Below are positions 1 to 10,912 of a DNA stretch of 64,000 nucleotides, piece after piece. Below the pieces are notes generated by a model. That model was not told the DNA's origin. It saw only the letters and a list, made by a program, of their open reading frames with translations, and did not search any database. The DNA lies in contig NC_087447.1 of NCBI RefSeq assembly GCF_036321535.1, positions 50,284,001-50,348,000 of the forward strand, written 5' to 3'. The stretch is from Camelus dromedarius. Its lineage: Eukaryota. A program made the position numbers and the translations under genes. Numbering within the stretch: position 1 is the first letter of the stretch; every line of letters starts with the position of its first letter.

Positions 1-15
1 AAATGACTTTGTGGT

Positions 16-532
16 GATGGAGGAAATTTATGTGTGTCAGCTTGGTTAAGCTGTAACTGTATGGCTCTAGGTTAAACTCAGTTAAAAAAGAATAAATCCT
101 TGAGATTTGGGAAGCAGAAGTGAATCAACAGCCATTGCTCTCTGAAGTCATGTGGCTTAGTTATAGCAACAGCAGACATGGAGGTGCCAGCAGGTTCTAG
201 CTTGTCTTCACTCTCCTTCACTCCACATCCAGCTCTTCCCCAGTGCTGACCCTGCTGGCCAACAGTAGCTCCAAGCCCACCAGCAGATATTTGGCTGTGC
301 ACCCACAGACTTCTGCCTTAGGCTTCTCCATCAGCTCCCTCATCACAGCCCCATTCGGCAGCTGGGTGTGCTTGGTTTCTTCTGGGATTGACTGGTTGGT
401 GACTCCACTGATTCCTGCCCCCTCCACTTTCCGAGTTGCACTGCCCCAGCTCCTCCCACAATTCCTATAATAAATCCTTCATCCTATAATTCATAGTAGT
501 TCTGCTTCCTTAGTTGAGTGTTGACTCAAATA
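16..532 (+). mobile_element. ERVL LTR, MLT2-like
   Basis: Start TTTATGTGTGTCAGCTTGGTTAAGCT and end AATAAATCC...TTCTGCTTC...TGACT resemble MLT2 termini. Confidence 0.6.
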
Positions 533-2185
533 CTATGCTTTTCCCAAGGATGAAAATAATTGAATAGATAGAACAGACTAAGGTTAAAAGTCTACCTTCA
601 CCAGTATCTTCATAACTCCAACGCCTCTGCACTTAGTAGTAAGTAGTTCAGTAAATACTTGTTAAATTGGAATGACTTTTTAGGTTGCTTCCAGTTCACT
701 GGTACAGATATTACTGCAAAGAACAGTTTCTGGGGAAGCAAATTTTTTGTTGTTGTTTTTTGTTTTTGCTTCTTTTAATTTTTTTCCTGGGATCAATGCT
801 AAGTATGGAGTCCTTTATGGGTCAGACTCGGAAGTTTTGACTCAGGGCAATATCTGTTGTGTTGGCTGTATGTGTTCATTTCCTGGGGTACAACAGATTT
901 TCCTCTGGTTTCAAGTTTCCTCTTTTTCCCTCACCCTCTATCCTTGCAAAAACAGAAAAACTTCACTCTTGAGCATTTTCTCCAAAGTATTTCACACTCT
1001 AATCAGATCAGCAACATATATATTATATGTATAAATATGTATATATTATATTAAGTTACCCTTATGGGAATGCCCCTCTGGCTGGGCTGAGTTTGGAAGT
1101 GAGAGAAACAAAGACGTCTGGAAGTGGAGGCGTTGCTCACTTGAACTGGACAGACAGCAATCAACGCTGAACCACTTAATTGCAGGGGAATTTCCTCCTT
1201 GCTACTTAGACCATTCAGCTCTGGGGTTGGGAGAAGACATGTTACATGCTCACTTCGCCTCCTGGAAAGCAGGGTTAAATGTTGTTTCAATTAGACAACC
1301 ATTTATGGAATGTCTGCTCTAAGCTAGTCCCTAATGTAGTTGCTGGATATACTGCCCTTGAGGCATTTTCAGCCAAAAGGGGAGGGAAAGACAATGAGTT
1401 ATAGCACAAGTCAGCTTATACCCAGTGCTAAAAAACAGGCATAAACAAAGCACTATGGAACAGAGGAGGGAACAATCATAGTTGAGGAGGGAGTGGTGGG
1501 GCAGGGGAAAGAAGTTTAATGGAAATGTTAAAGAATGTATAGGCAGAGGGACCTAACATTTTAAAGCCCTGAGCTGGGTTTCAGGGAGGAGAGCTAACAG
1601 GTACTGATCATTGTGCTGTGCTGGCCACTGAGCTGGGCCCCAAAAATATATTATCATATTAAATCTTCCCTAAAACCCATCTGGAGGAAACCAAGGCACA
1701 AAAAAGTGAGGTAACTTGTTCAAGAACTTGAAAGAGGTTAAACTGGATTCAAACCCAAATCTTTCTGACTTCCAAGAACATGCCCTGCTCCCATTTGTGC
1801 TTGGAGAATTATTTTCCAAAGACATTTGAGATGAACTATAAAGAATAAGAAGGATTTTGAGAGGCTTCAAAAGGCAAAGGGGTGGGAGAAGGGGTGGGGT
1901 AAATGCATTCCAGGCAGAGGAAGAATGGAAGGAGAACACGGCAGAGCATTAAGGTGCCAGGCCCACCTGGGGAACCTCAGGCAGTCTGGGGTGACTGTGG
2001 GAAGACATTGCCGCATGCTCACACTGCGTCTTCTCAGGTTGAACACGCCATTCAGTAATGCACTCAACAGTGCTGGGGGCTCAGAACTCAAAAACCTCAG
2101 TCCTTGCTCTTGAGGAGTCTCCAATCTAATGAGAGTCTAGTGAGATAACTGCTATCACCACTGATGGCCTTGAACACTTCAGCTC

Positions 2186-2190
<5 letters not shown>

Positions 2191-2276
<86 letters not shown>
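2191..2276. repeat. (GT)43 microsatellite
   Basis: Uninterrupted dinucleotide run read directly. Confidence 0.99.
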
Positions 2277-2278
<2 letters not shown>

Positions 2279-4644
2279 ATGAGCATACTCACACAAATGT
2301 TATTTGGAACATTTCCTTCCCACAATCATTTCTCAACACATGTGTTCTCCAGGCTCTCCATAAGTGTGTGCTCCTTTTTTACCTCTGCCTTTAGAAAGGC
2401 TTGGATTTGAACCGCTGGACCATAGCATCTCAACAAGTGCCCTTTCAACCCATGGGAGACTGGACCTGGTCTTCTACTAGCTCATTTAGAAAATAATGAT
2501 CCATCCTAGGGCTACAAGGAAAAAAACCTTCATTAGAACTGACAAGAAAGCGGACACCTTCTACCACTTCTCTGCAGATTTCACAAGTGCTCAACACTTT
2601 TTGAAAGAATATGGCTCCAAGCCCTTCATTCAGCTGGCTGGAGCAGAGTTTAAAAAAATGCATTTCATCTCTGGCAAATCACAGCAGAATGTCATAAACA
2701 GCTGGAAACTCTCTGAGGTGAAGACAAGTTGGATGTTATGTTTGGATTTATAGCCCCCTCCCCCATGATAGCTGATTTCCATTTCTGACAGGGTTATTAT
2801 TTCCATCTTTATGAAATATCTTGGATCTCACCTTGGATAATTACTGATTATCATCAGCTCCTCACCTGAGGCACTTTAGCACTTGGGTGAACCTAATTTT
2901 TTTTTCCAAAAGTGAACTAGGGAAAACTTAATGTGTGAGATTATGTCTTTATTTCTATTTTCACTTGCAATTCCCCTTGGCTTTCTAATGATCAAGTCAT
3001 TAATCAGTGTCAAATCACCGTCCAGAGCAGACAGTATTTTTGTCACTTGGGCTCCAATGTGGATTATTAAATGGCAATAACTTGTGTTATTTGGTCTGGT
3101 GCTCTCTTGTGGGGCAGTGTGGTAATCATTTAGGGTATAGACAAGATCTCAACGGCCAACTAAGGTTTTTCACCAAGGGTATACATCACAGTCTTTTGAA
3201 ATTTGATAGAGTTCACCAAGTTGTTCTGACAGGTACTCCCAGTTGAGTCCAATATCCCTTATTTCGCTTCTAGGTGTCCATAAATTTTATGCTTCCATGC
3301 CTTTGCTTCTTTTATTTCCTCTGCCATGACACCCTTGATACCCTCTTTACTTCTATGCCTGGTAAAACTCTATACCCTATGAGGCCCACCCTAAATGCTT
3401 TCGCTACTAAGAAGCCTTCTGTGATGGAAACAATCCTTTTCTCTCAGATTCCATACTGCATGTTAAACACCTTTGTGAACATTCTCCTATGGTATACGGA
3501 GTTACCTGCATGTGTCTAACTTCCCTGCTCAACAGTGAGCTCCAGGAGGATAATGGTTGTACCTTATTAATCTTAGTATCTTCAGGGCCTGGCATTCATC
3601 AAATGAATGAAGTTGTTACCCAAAAGAAGTAAACATTGGTCTGTTTAATTTAGCCAGATCTGGGCTTCCTTTGCTTTATTCACTAAGTTGCTTACAAAGG
3701 AAGATGTGCAAGGATGTTAAAGGGAAAGACCTAAAGGGCCATGATGTCAGTTTTTAGTATTATTTTAAAAGCATCAGTTTCCTAACAAACACGGTAACTG
3801 CTTTAATCTGAATTATTAATGGAAGGCTGGATATCAACTTGAACTTGAGGATGGGTTTTCAGAAAAGCAGACACTGTCATAAAAATCCAGATCTTAATTG
3901 ATTGGTTCAATCAGTGTAGGAAATATTAGCATGATAATCAGGGGACCTGCCCTGTAGTTCCTGTATGATTTTGTACAAGTTACTTCACTTCTCTGGGTCT
4001 CAGATACCTCTTCTGTAAAACGGATGGTTAAACTGAGTATCTCTGAGGTTTCTTTTGAGGACCTATGACTTAAACAGAATCATTAGTCAATTGATGTAGC
4101 AGTTTCTTTTTCTTTCTTCTTTTTTTTTTTTTAAGCAGTTTATTTGGGCTCTACTCCATATTTAGGAGAATTAAGTATTCTTAGTAAGATACTAAGGAGT
4201 TTTACAAAATACATTAAATCATAACAATATAAATACCTAAAAGAAAACTTGGAAAGTATGGTAAAGGAAAAAGAACCATCTATGGTTCTACCACTTTAAT
4301 GTTTTTGTTTTGGCATGTTTTCTTCTACTACTACTACTACTATTTATTATTATTGATATTTACATGTATATGCTTTTTCCTCTTACAAGCATATCCCTTG
4401 ATGTTAGTTATTTGTAATTTTGATCTGAAATGACTACATACTGAAACAGATGTGTCAGATATGTAAATTCTCTCCTATTGTAAAATAATTTTAAGTTGTC
4501 TGTTTTTTGGATAGCATTGAAAATTCTTTGTAAATATAAGTATTCCCATATTTTGGGTTATTCCCACAAATGGGGATCCTGTATCAAAGGGTATAAACAT
4601 TTTTATGACTTATCACACGTTGCCATCATTTATTTTAGTAAGCA

Positions 4645-5150
4645 TCTGTGATTTCGCTGTACAGCATTTTTTATCTTCCTGTGATAACAGTACCTTAACT
4701 TTCCTAAGGGAAACCAAGCCCACCCTCACACCCATTCCATGTGCTCTGGGACTAGGTGACTTTACCCACACCCTTCCCCCTTTCCCAGAGACTAACAAGT
4801 GCTTTGGGCTTGACAAACCGGGACATTACAGTTCAGGGGTTGGCATGTGACTCAGATGGAGCCAAGAGCAACAGACAAGACTTTTGATAAGACTATTAGA
4901 AGAGATGGCATGTGTTCTTTTCTGCTGAGGCTATAAGAAGGGCATGATATAAGCCTAGAACTGCTGGGAGCCAACACATAGAGCCTGAGAATGAAGCCAA
5001 CACAGTAGAAGACAGAACTGAGAGATGGAGAGGTACTAAGATTGGCCCTGCTTGAATCCGTGGATTTAGTAATGCCTAAATCCAGAACTACATCAGGACT
5101 TACTTTTAATTAATGTGAACCAAAATTTTCCATTTTTCCTTAAATCATTT
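4645..5150. mobile_element. MaLR LTR remnant (MLT1J/K-like)
   Basis: GGCATGTGACTCAG, GAGAATGAAGCCAACACAG, GAGAGATGGAGAG motifs. Confidence 0.65.
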
Positions 5151-5269
5151 CACTCACTCACTCATCCATCCATGTATTCATTCATCTACCATTTGTCTCA
5201 CACATACACAGCTCCTAACTGGCACAGGTAGGTTTTTTTTTCCCTATCCTTTTTCACTTTTAAAAAAAA

Positions 5270-5790
5270 TTAATAAACTTTATTTTTTAAAGCAATTTTA
5301 GGTTCACAGCAAAATTGAGTGGAAAGTTCTCATATGCCCACTATTCTTGCCCCCCAGTCTCCTTCACTATCAACATCCCACACCAGAGTCGCACATTTGC
5401 GACAACTGATGAACCTACAATGACACATCATTATCACCCAAAGTCCACAGTTTATGTTATGGTTCATTCTTGGTGTTGTACATTTCATGAGTATTGACAA
5501 ATGTGTAATGACTTGAATCCACCGCTGCTGGGTCTTTTTACTTTTTATTGAGGTATAACCTACATAAAAGACACAATCTTACATGTACAGCTTGATAAAC
5601 TTTTATATTTGCTTATCTATTCATATAATCCCTACCCAAATCAAGTTACAGAACATTTATAGCACCCTGATAGGGTCCTACATGCTCCATTCAAGTAGTT
5701 GCTCCCTTGAAGATACTTACTCTTCAGACTTCTATAATTATAGCTATTTGACGGCTTTTGAAGTTTATATAAATAAAATCTCATAATATG
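5270..5790 (-). mobile_element. Old L1 3'-end fragments (L1MC-like, then L1ME-like)
   Basis: TTTAGGTTCACAGCAAAATTGAG...CATTATCACCCAAAGTCC; TTTATTGAGGTATAAC. Confidence 0.7.
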
Positions 5791-5849
5791 ACTATAAAAC
5801 TTCCTAGTCTCTGAGCAGCCCAAGCCTGCTGTTGTAAGGGGAAGAGACT

Positions 5850-6995
5850 TTGGGTTCTGGGGGGAAGGAACAAGTGTTTTGCATGTGAGAAGGATATGAA
5901 TTGTTGTGGACAGAGGATGTTTTCCAAAAATGGCCACAGCAACATTTCCAGACCCACACGTTCTTTTAGAACTTGATTACTCTTCCACCAAGAAATGGAA
6001 TCTATTTCCCTTACCCTGGAACCTGTGTGGGCTTGACTATTCCAATCAAGAGTATGGCAGAAATAATGCTATGACTCTCACTGCTTGATCATAAAAATTA
6101 TATAGCTTCCTCCTGCCTCCTTCTCTCCAGTAACTCGCCCCTGGAATTTGGCCACATGTTACAAGGAAGTCTAGGACACATGGAGATGCCACGTACACAT
6201 GTTCCCTCTGATAATCCCAGCAAGATTCCAGGCCAAGGTCCAGTATCAATTGCTAATCATAGGAATGAATGAGCCCTCAGATGATTCCAGATCTTAGACT
6301 TCAAACTGCCCCAGCTCATGCTCAGAGGAGTAGAGATGAGCTGTCCCCACTAAACCCTACCCAAACTGGAGATTTGTGAGCAAAATAAATTGTTTAAGCC
6401 ACAGGAATGGTTTGTTAAGCAACCATAGATAACCAGGACTGTATTATCTGTGCATCCTTGGCAAGAGTCTTCTGGTGATAACTAACTTTGGACAAATTAT
6501 TTTTCTTTATAGGTCTTAAATAAATGCTACCTAACATTATTTCAACTTATTTCCAACAAATTGTTCTAGATTTACTGCTTTGTACAAATTTCCTCTCAGG
6601 GTAAGTGTGTATTATGTACACACAAGTGTAAAACCTAATTTTGTATACACATGCAGGCATAACACTGCAGCTTCTACACTGCCCTCTTGGATCACTTGCT
6701 CTGGGGGAAGCCAGCTACCATGTCACAAGGATGCTCAAGCAGCCTTTTAAGGGGATCCAAATAGTGAGAAACAGACCTCTTGCCTCACTAACTTGCCAAC
6801 CATGTGAGTGGCCTACATTGAAAGCTGATCCTCCTTCAGATGACTGCAACCTTAGAGATCCCAAGCCAGAACCACCCACTTAAGCCACTCTTGATTCCCA
6901 CTGAAACTGCAAAAACTGTACAAAAATTTAAAAAAATTGTTTTAAGTCACTAAATTTTGGAATAACTTATGCACTAGCAGTTAACTAATAGACAT
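5850..6995. mobile_element. Two MaLR LTR remnants (MLT1G/H-like 5850-6440; MLT1F-like 6650-6995)
   Basis: CAAAAATGGCCAC, GTTTAAGCCAC...TAGATAAC and CTCTGGGGGAAGCCAGC...TTTAAGTCACTAAATTTTGG motifs. Confidence 0.65.
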
Positions 6996-8189
6996 ATCAC
7001 CATGGGGAGGGATTTATGGAAGAAATTGATCCAAGGTGAAAGCTATTTTAAAGTCTGTGTGGCAGATTCAGGAAGGACAGAGATGGTTGAATGGACTTGA
7101 AAGTGCTGATGAGACTGAGTTTGAAATAAATGATCATGGAGTCCGGGGTAGAAAGGGAGGAAAGCAAAGCCAGAGGACAGAACAGACTTGGAACTGGGAG
7201 ACTGTAAACTGTGGATTTCATTGAAGTTGAAGAGCAATTTGGTGAGGGTTAAGGAGTAAGAAACCTGGCAAGGAGTGCAAGAGGTTCCTTTGCAGAAAGA
7301 GGGTTGGTAAAAAAGTCCACACAGGTGATGAGATCTCACCATTAGCCCACTAAAACAATGGGGTCAGATACTTAGGAAGCAGAAACTACAGAATTGAATG
7401 GACAGCGGGGGAGAGAACAGAGGCAGCAGACAAGGCAGTGGCTGGGTCATTTGCCCTTTTTGAAACTTTTCTAGAGTGTTCAAAACACTTTTGATCCTCC
7501 ACTGAGCCTGGATTATGTAAGTGACAGTTATTTTCAGTTTATTTTCCTTCTTTCTTTTCTGTCCCCCAAATCCACTTATTTTGATCTACTATTTGATATT
7601 TTATTTGCATCTAAAAAAATTTTGGTCTTGCTAGTCTCCTTTTTAGTACTCACCTTGGCTATACCAGTGTGGTAATAAAACTTTCTGAAGTTAGGACTCT
7701 AAGGGCAGTGTGATACAGCGGAAAGAGCAGCAGCCTGTAAGTCAAAAGGGCTGGTTGCCAGTCACAGTCATATCATGAAATTCCTGTATGACTTTGGTTA
7801 ACTCATTTGATTTCTTCTTTTTTTTTTCTTCCATTTAGAAAATGAATCTCTAAGGTCTTAACCCATTTCGATTTGTCTACCTGTACAATACCATAGAAGC
7901 TTAACAGATATTTTCACGATAATGGTGAAATCTACCTTCTCCAATACAGTATCACAAAATTAGAATGGCAGATGATAGGCATCTTGAAGAAGTTTGTTCC
8001 AAGAAACTAGCTTAACTTGCTTAGTCAAAAGGGGACTCAAATTTGAGATTGGTATTGTACTTCAATATTTTCCCAGACCAGAGGTAGTTATACTCATGTC
8101 TAGCAAAATAATGAGTCTTAGTTTCTCCTCTTTGGAAGTAAGTGGAGGGTGGCCCCCATATTAGTTACCAGACATATTCTGAAGTTCAA

Positions 8190-8390
8190 GTGCCTTCACT
8201 TGAAATCATGGTTCTGCTACTTACTAGCTTGTTACCTTGGGCAAACTACTTAACATCTCTGTGCTTCAGTTTCTTCATCCATAAAATAGGGGTAATAATA
8301 TATCTCATAAGACTACAATGGAGATTAAACAAATTTATGTATGTAACAGCATATGGAACAGAGAAAGCCCTGGATAAATATTAGCCATTA
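8190..8390 (+). mobile_element. MIR SINE
   Basis: Core ACCTTGGGCAAACTACTTAACATCTCTGTGCTTCAGTTTCTTCATCCATAAAATAGGG. Confidence 0.8.
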
Positions 8391-8759
8391 TTCTTGTGTG
8401 CTGGGCAAAAAAGTGCACAGACCTGGCCCCTCTTGTTAAAGAGCACATTGGTCAGAAAGATTTTCAAACAAATGATCATAACTCAATGTTCTGAGTTCTG
8501 TAACACAATGTGTAGTAAGTGGTATAGGAGCAGACAAGAATGCCTGTCTCACCCTAGAGGGAAAGGTAGGGGCAGGATTAATATTCTTGAGGGTACAGTT
8601 TGAGTCTGATCCTTAAGGAAGAGAATTTAATGTTGGGAACATTTGGGAATATGGAGTAGTCAGAGGCAGCATGGAGAAGGCAGTTTCTGGCTGCAAAAGA
8701 CAAAAATGGTTAGGAGGAAAGGGAGGATATGTGGTAGATTAGACATTGTAGTTGATGCC

Positions 8760-8884
8760 AGAGCATCAACATTCCTTGAGAACTTGTTAGAAATATAGGA
8801 TTTTATGCCTTACTCAATCAAAATTTATGTTTTAACAAGGTACTCAAGTGCTTCTTTGAATACTGAAGTTTGAGAACCACACTG
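8760..8884. mobile_element. MER5A-like hAT-Charlie element
   Basis: GAACTTGTTAGAAAT...TTTTAACAAG...AAGTTTGAGAACCAC. Confidence 0.65.
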
Positions 8885-8889
8885 GTCTA

Positions 8890-9125
8890 GAGCAGACTCT
8901 AGAGTCAAGCTGCTTAGATTTAAATCCTGGTTTTACCATTTATTCATAACATTTACCTTTAGGCAAGCTATTTACTCTCCTTTCTATGCCTCAGTTTCCT
9001 CATCTGCAATCAGAGATAATAGTTTCTACCACATAAAAGTTATTTTAAGTTCAAAATGAATTAATATGTGAAATGCTTAGGACAGTATTTGGTACCCACT
9101 AAGCACAAAGATACGCTATAGTAAT
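8890..9125 (+). mobile_element. MIR SINE
   Basis: Core GCCTCAGTTTCCTCATCTGCAA; 3' end ATGTGAAATGCTTAGGACAGT. Confidence 0.75.
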
Positions 9126-10446
9126 TCTTGACTTATACACTACTTACTATTGTCAGGGTAGGTTTTATAAGCAGCTTGTATTTCCATTTCTACTCCACTA
9201 CCTGTCACCTTGACATTTGTTTTAAAGGAAGACACATGGAAATCGGAAGACCCGGGGTTATAAACCCAAGCTCCCTTTAATTCCCTACTTTGTGAAACTA
9301 GATGAGTTCTTGAATATTTGTGTTTTTCTTATTCATAGTAGGGGTAATCTTGATTATACTGCCTCACAAAGATGCTACAAGACTCAAAGAATGTATGTTA
9401 AACTACAAAATCTTCTATTAAAGTTTCACTTACCATCTTTCCAAGAGTTCTTAAGTAATTGGTCAGAAAACCTCAATTTAGCAGGAAACAGATGGAAGGG
9501 ACTGCATTGGAAGTTCAGGGAGGGAGGGGAGGGAGAGCCTGGAAGGGGCATACTTGCGCTTCAACAATAACAATTTTCCTGGGCCTCAGAGATGATTTTT
9601 AGGTAATGGGCAAATAGCACCCAAATGCTGTTACTTATTTTCTCTTCCTAACCTACGTCTCCATTCAAGAACATGAACAATTTTACACGTTTGTATAGTG
9701 GGCCAAAATTTATAAATAACTTTTCTCTACGTTGTGTATCACAACATCCCTATAGGGTAATACTACATGAAAACTCATTTTACATGAAAACTTTGTTAAT
9801 ATCATAAAGCATATTAAAAATTCCTTTTCACGTGAGCATTTTAACCAGATCCGATATTTTCAAAGGTATAAAATTTAAAACGGAGGGGGGCAATCACAAA
9901 ACTTGACTGGCTCTTTAACCATAGCAGGTACTGGCATCAATCTCATGGCAGCAAAGTAATTACATACTGGGCCCCTTTTCTCATTCGTAAACTTGGGCAA
10001 CAATATCCTCTTCACACAATTGTTCTGTGATTAAATTAAATAAGAACAAAGGCTGAAGGGTGAACCTACCACTTCGCAGGACCTCAAATAAATCCCTTCT
10101 CCTTCTTGCCTTTGACAGATACAGCATGAGATACCACTATTATTCCCACTTCACACGTGGAGATACCCGAAGTCGAGCACGCTTAGGTTCCCCTTCTCTA
10201 CTGGCAACTCCGCAACCCCCAGATCAGGTTCCAGCAACTGAGATGTCCAGTGTCGGGTGTCGTAGCGTGGATTCTCTCTCCTCGCGCTGCGTCTGGCTGG
10301 ACTGGAGACCGCTGATAAATCGCTCCCAAGACTAAGGAATCCAATCGTCATCCTCAACGGCACTTCAGGGACGAAACTGCTTTCCCACCATCCGTAACCC
10401 TACCCTAGAGCAAAGGTCGCGGCGAACCCTCAGCTCCAGCTACCGA

Positions 10447-10536
10447 CGCCATCTTGGCCACTACGTGTGACGCCAGACGTAGCGGAGAGCGCAGCCCATT
10501 GGCTGAGAGACAGCAGCCGGAGGAGAGGCGCGCGAA
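10447..10536 (-). promoter_or_regulatory. YY1, CCAAT (NF-Y) and E2F-like motifs on the divergent side of the promoter
   Basis: CGCCATCTTG 10447-10456, ATTGGCTG 10498-10505 (CAGCCAAT on minus), GGCGCGCGAA 10527-10536. Confidence 0.6.
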
Positions 10537-10568
10537 GCTGGAGAGGCGAGTATGGAGAAGCCAAGGAA

Positions 10569-10783
10569 ACTACAATCCCAGCCTTCTTTGCGCGTGCGAC
10601 AGCGCACTGAGAAAGAAAGAAGAGGGAGTTTGGATTCGGACTACCACTCCCAGCAGCCCCCGCGCTGTCCCTCCTTGACTTTCAAAACGTGGAGGAAAAG
10701 AGGGACAGGGAGAATGGAGGCCTTCTGGTGTCCATTCTCCGAAAGGCGGGAAAGGCGAACTACACCTCCCGACTAGCCGCGCG
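10569..10783 (+). promoter_or_regulatory. Three ZNF143/THAP11-type (ACTACAnnTCCC) motifs
   Basis: ACTACAATCCCAGC 10569-10582, ACTACCACTCCCAGCAGCCCCCGCG 10640-10664, ACTACACCTCCCGACTAGCCGCGCG 10759-10783. Confidence 0.8.
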
Positions 10784-10820
10784 CGGCTGCGCCTGCGCCC
10801 TGATACCTGTCGCCATCTTG
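10745..10820. promoter_or_regulatory. E2F, NRF1 and YY1 motifs near the TSS
   Basis: GGCGGGAAA 10745-10753 (E2F), TGCGCCTGCGC 10788-10798 (NRF1), CGCCATCTTG 10811-10820 (YY1). Confidence 0.7.
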
Positions 10821-10912
10821 CCCCTTCTGAGGCACCGCAAACAAACCCAATTCCTGGTGTCCCCTAGTCTTGGCGGAGGAGCCTTTTAGATGAGCCCAGA
10901 AAGGCCGGGCAG
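10800..10912 (+). other. EMSY: EMSY exon 1 (5' UTR); TSS approximate
   Basis: Lies downstream of the promoter motif cluster and ends at donor CAG|GTGGGT (10912/10913); resembles the EMSY mRNA leader as I recall it. Confidence 0.8.

Noticed and set aside
1235..1251. p53-like CATG pair
   Set aside because: The cores are 7 nt apart rather than 10 and the half-sites overlap
2164..2410. Cys-Val repeat ORFs
   Set aside because: Translation of the GT microsatellite
2496..2753. 85-aa ATG ORF
   Set aside because: No recognisable homology, promoter or splice support
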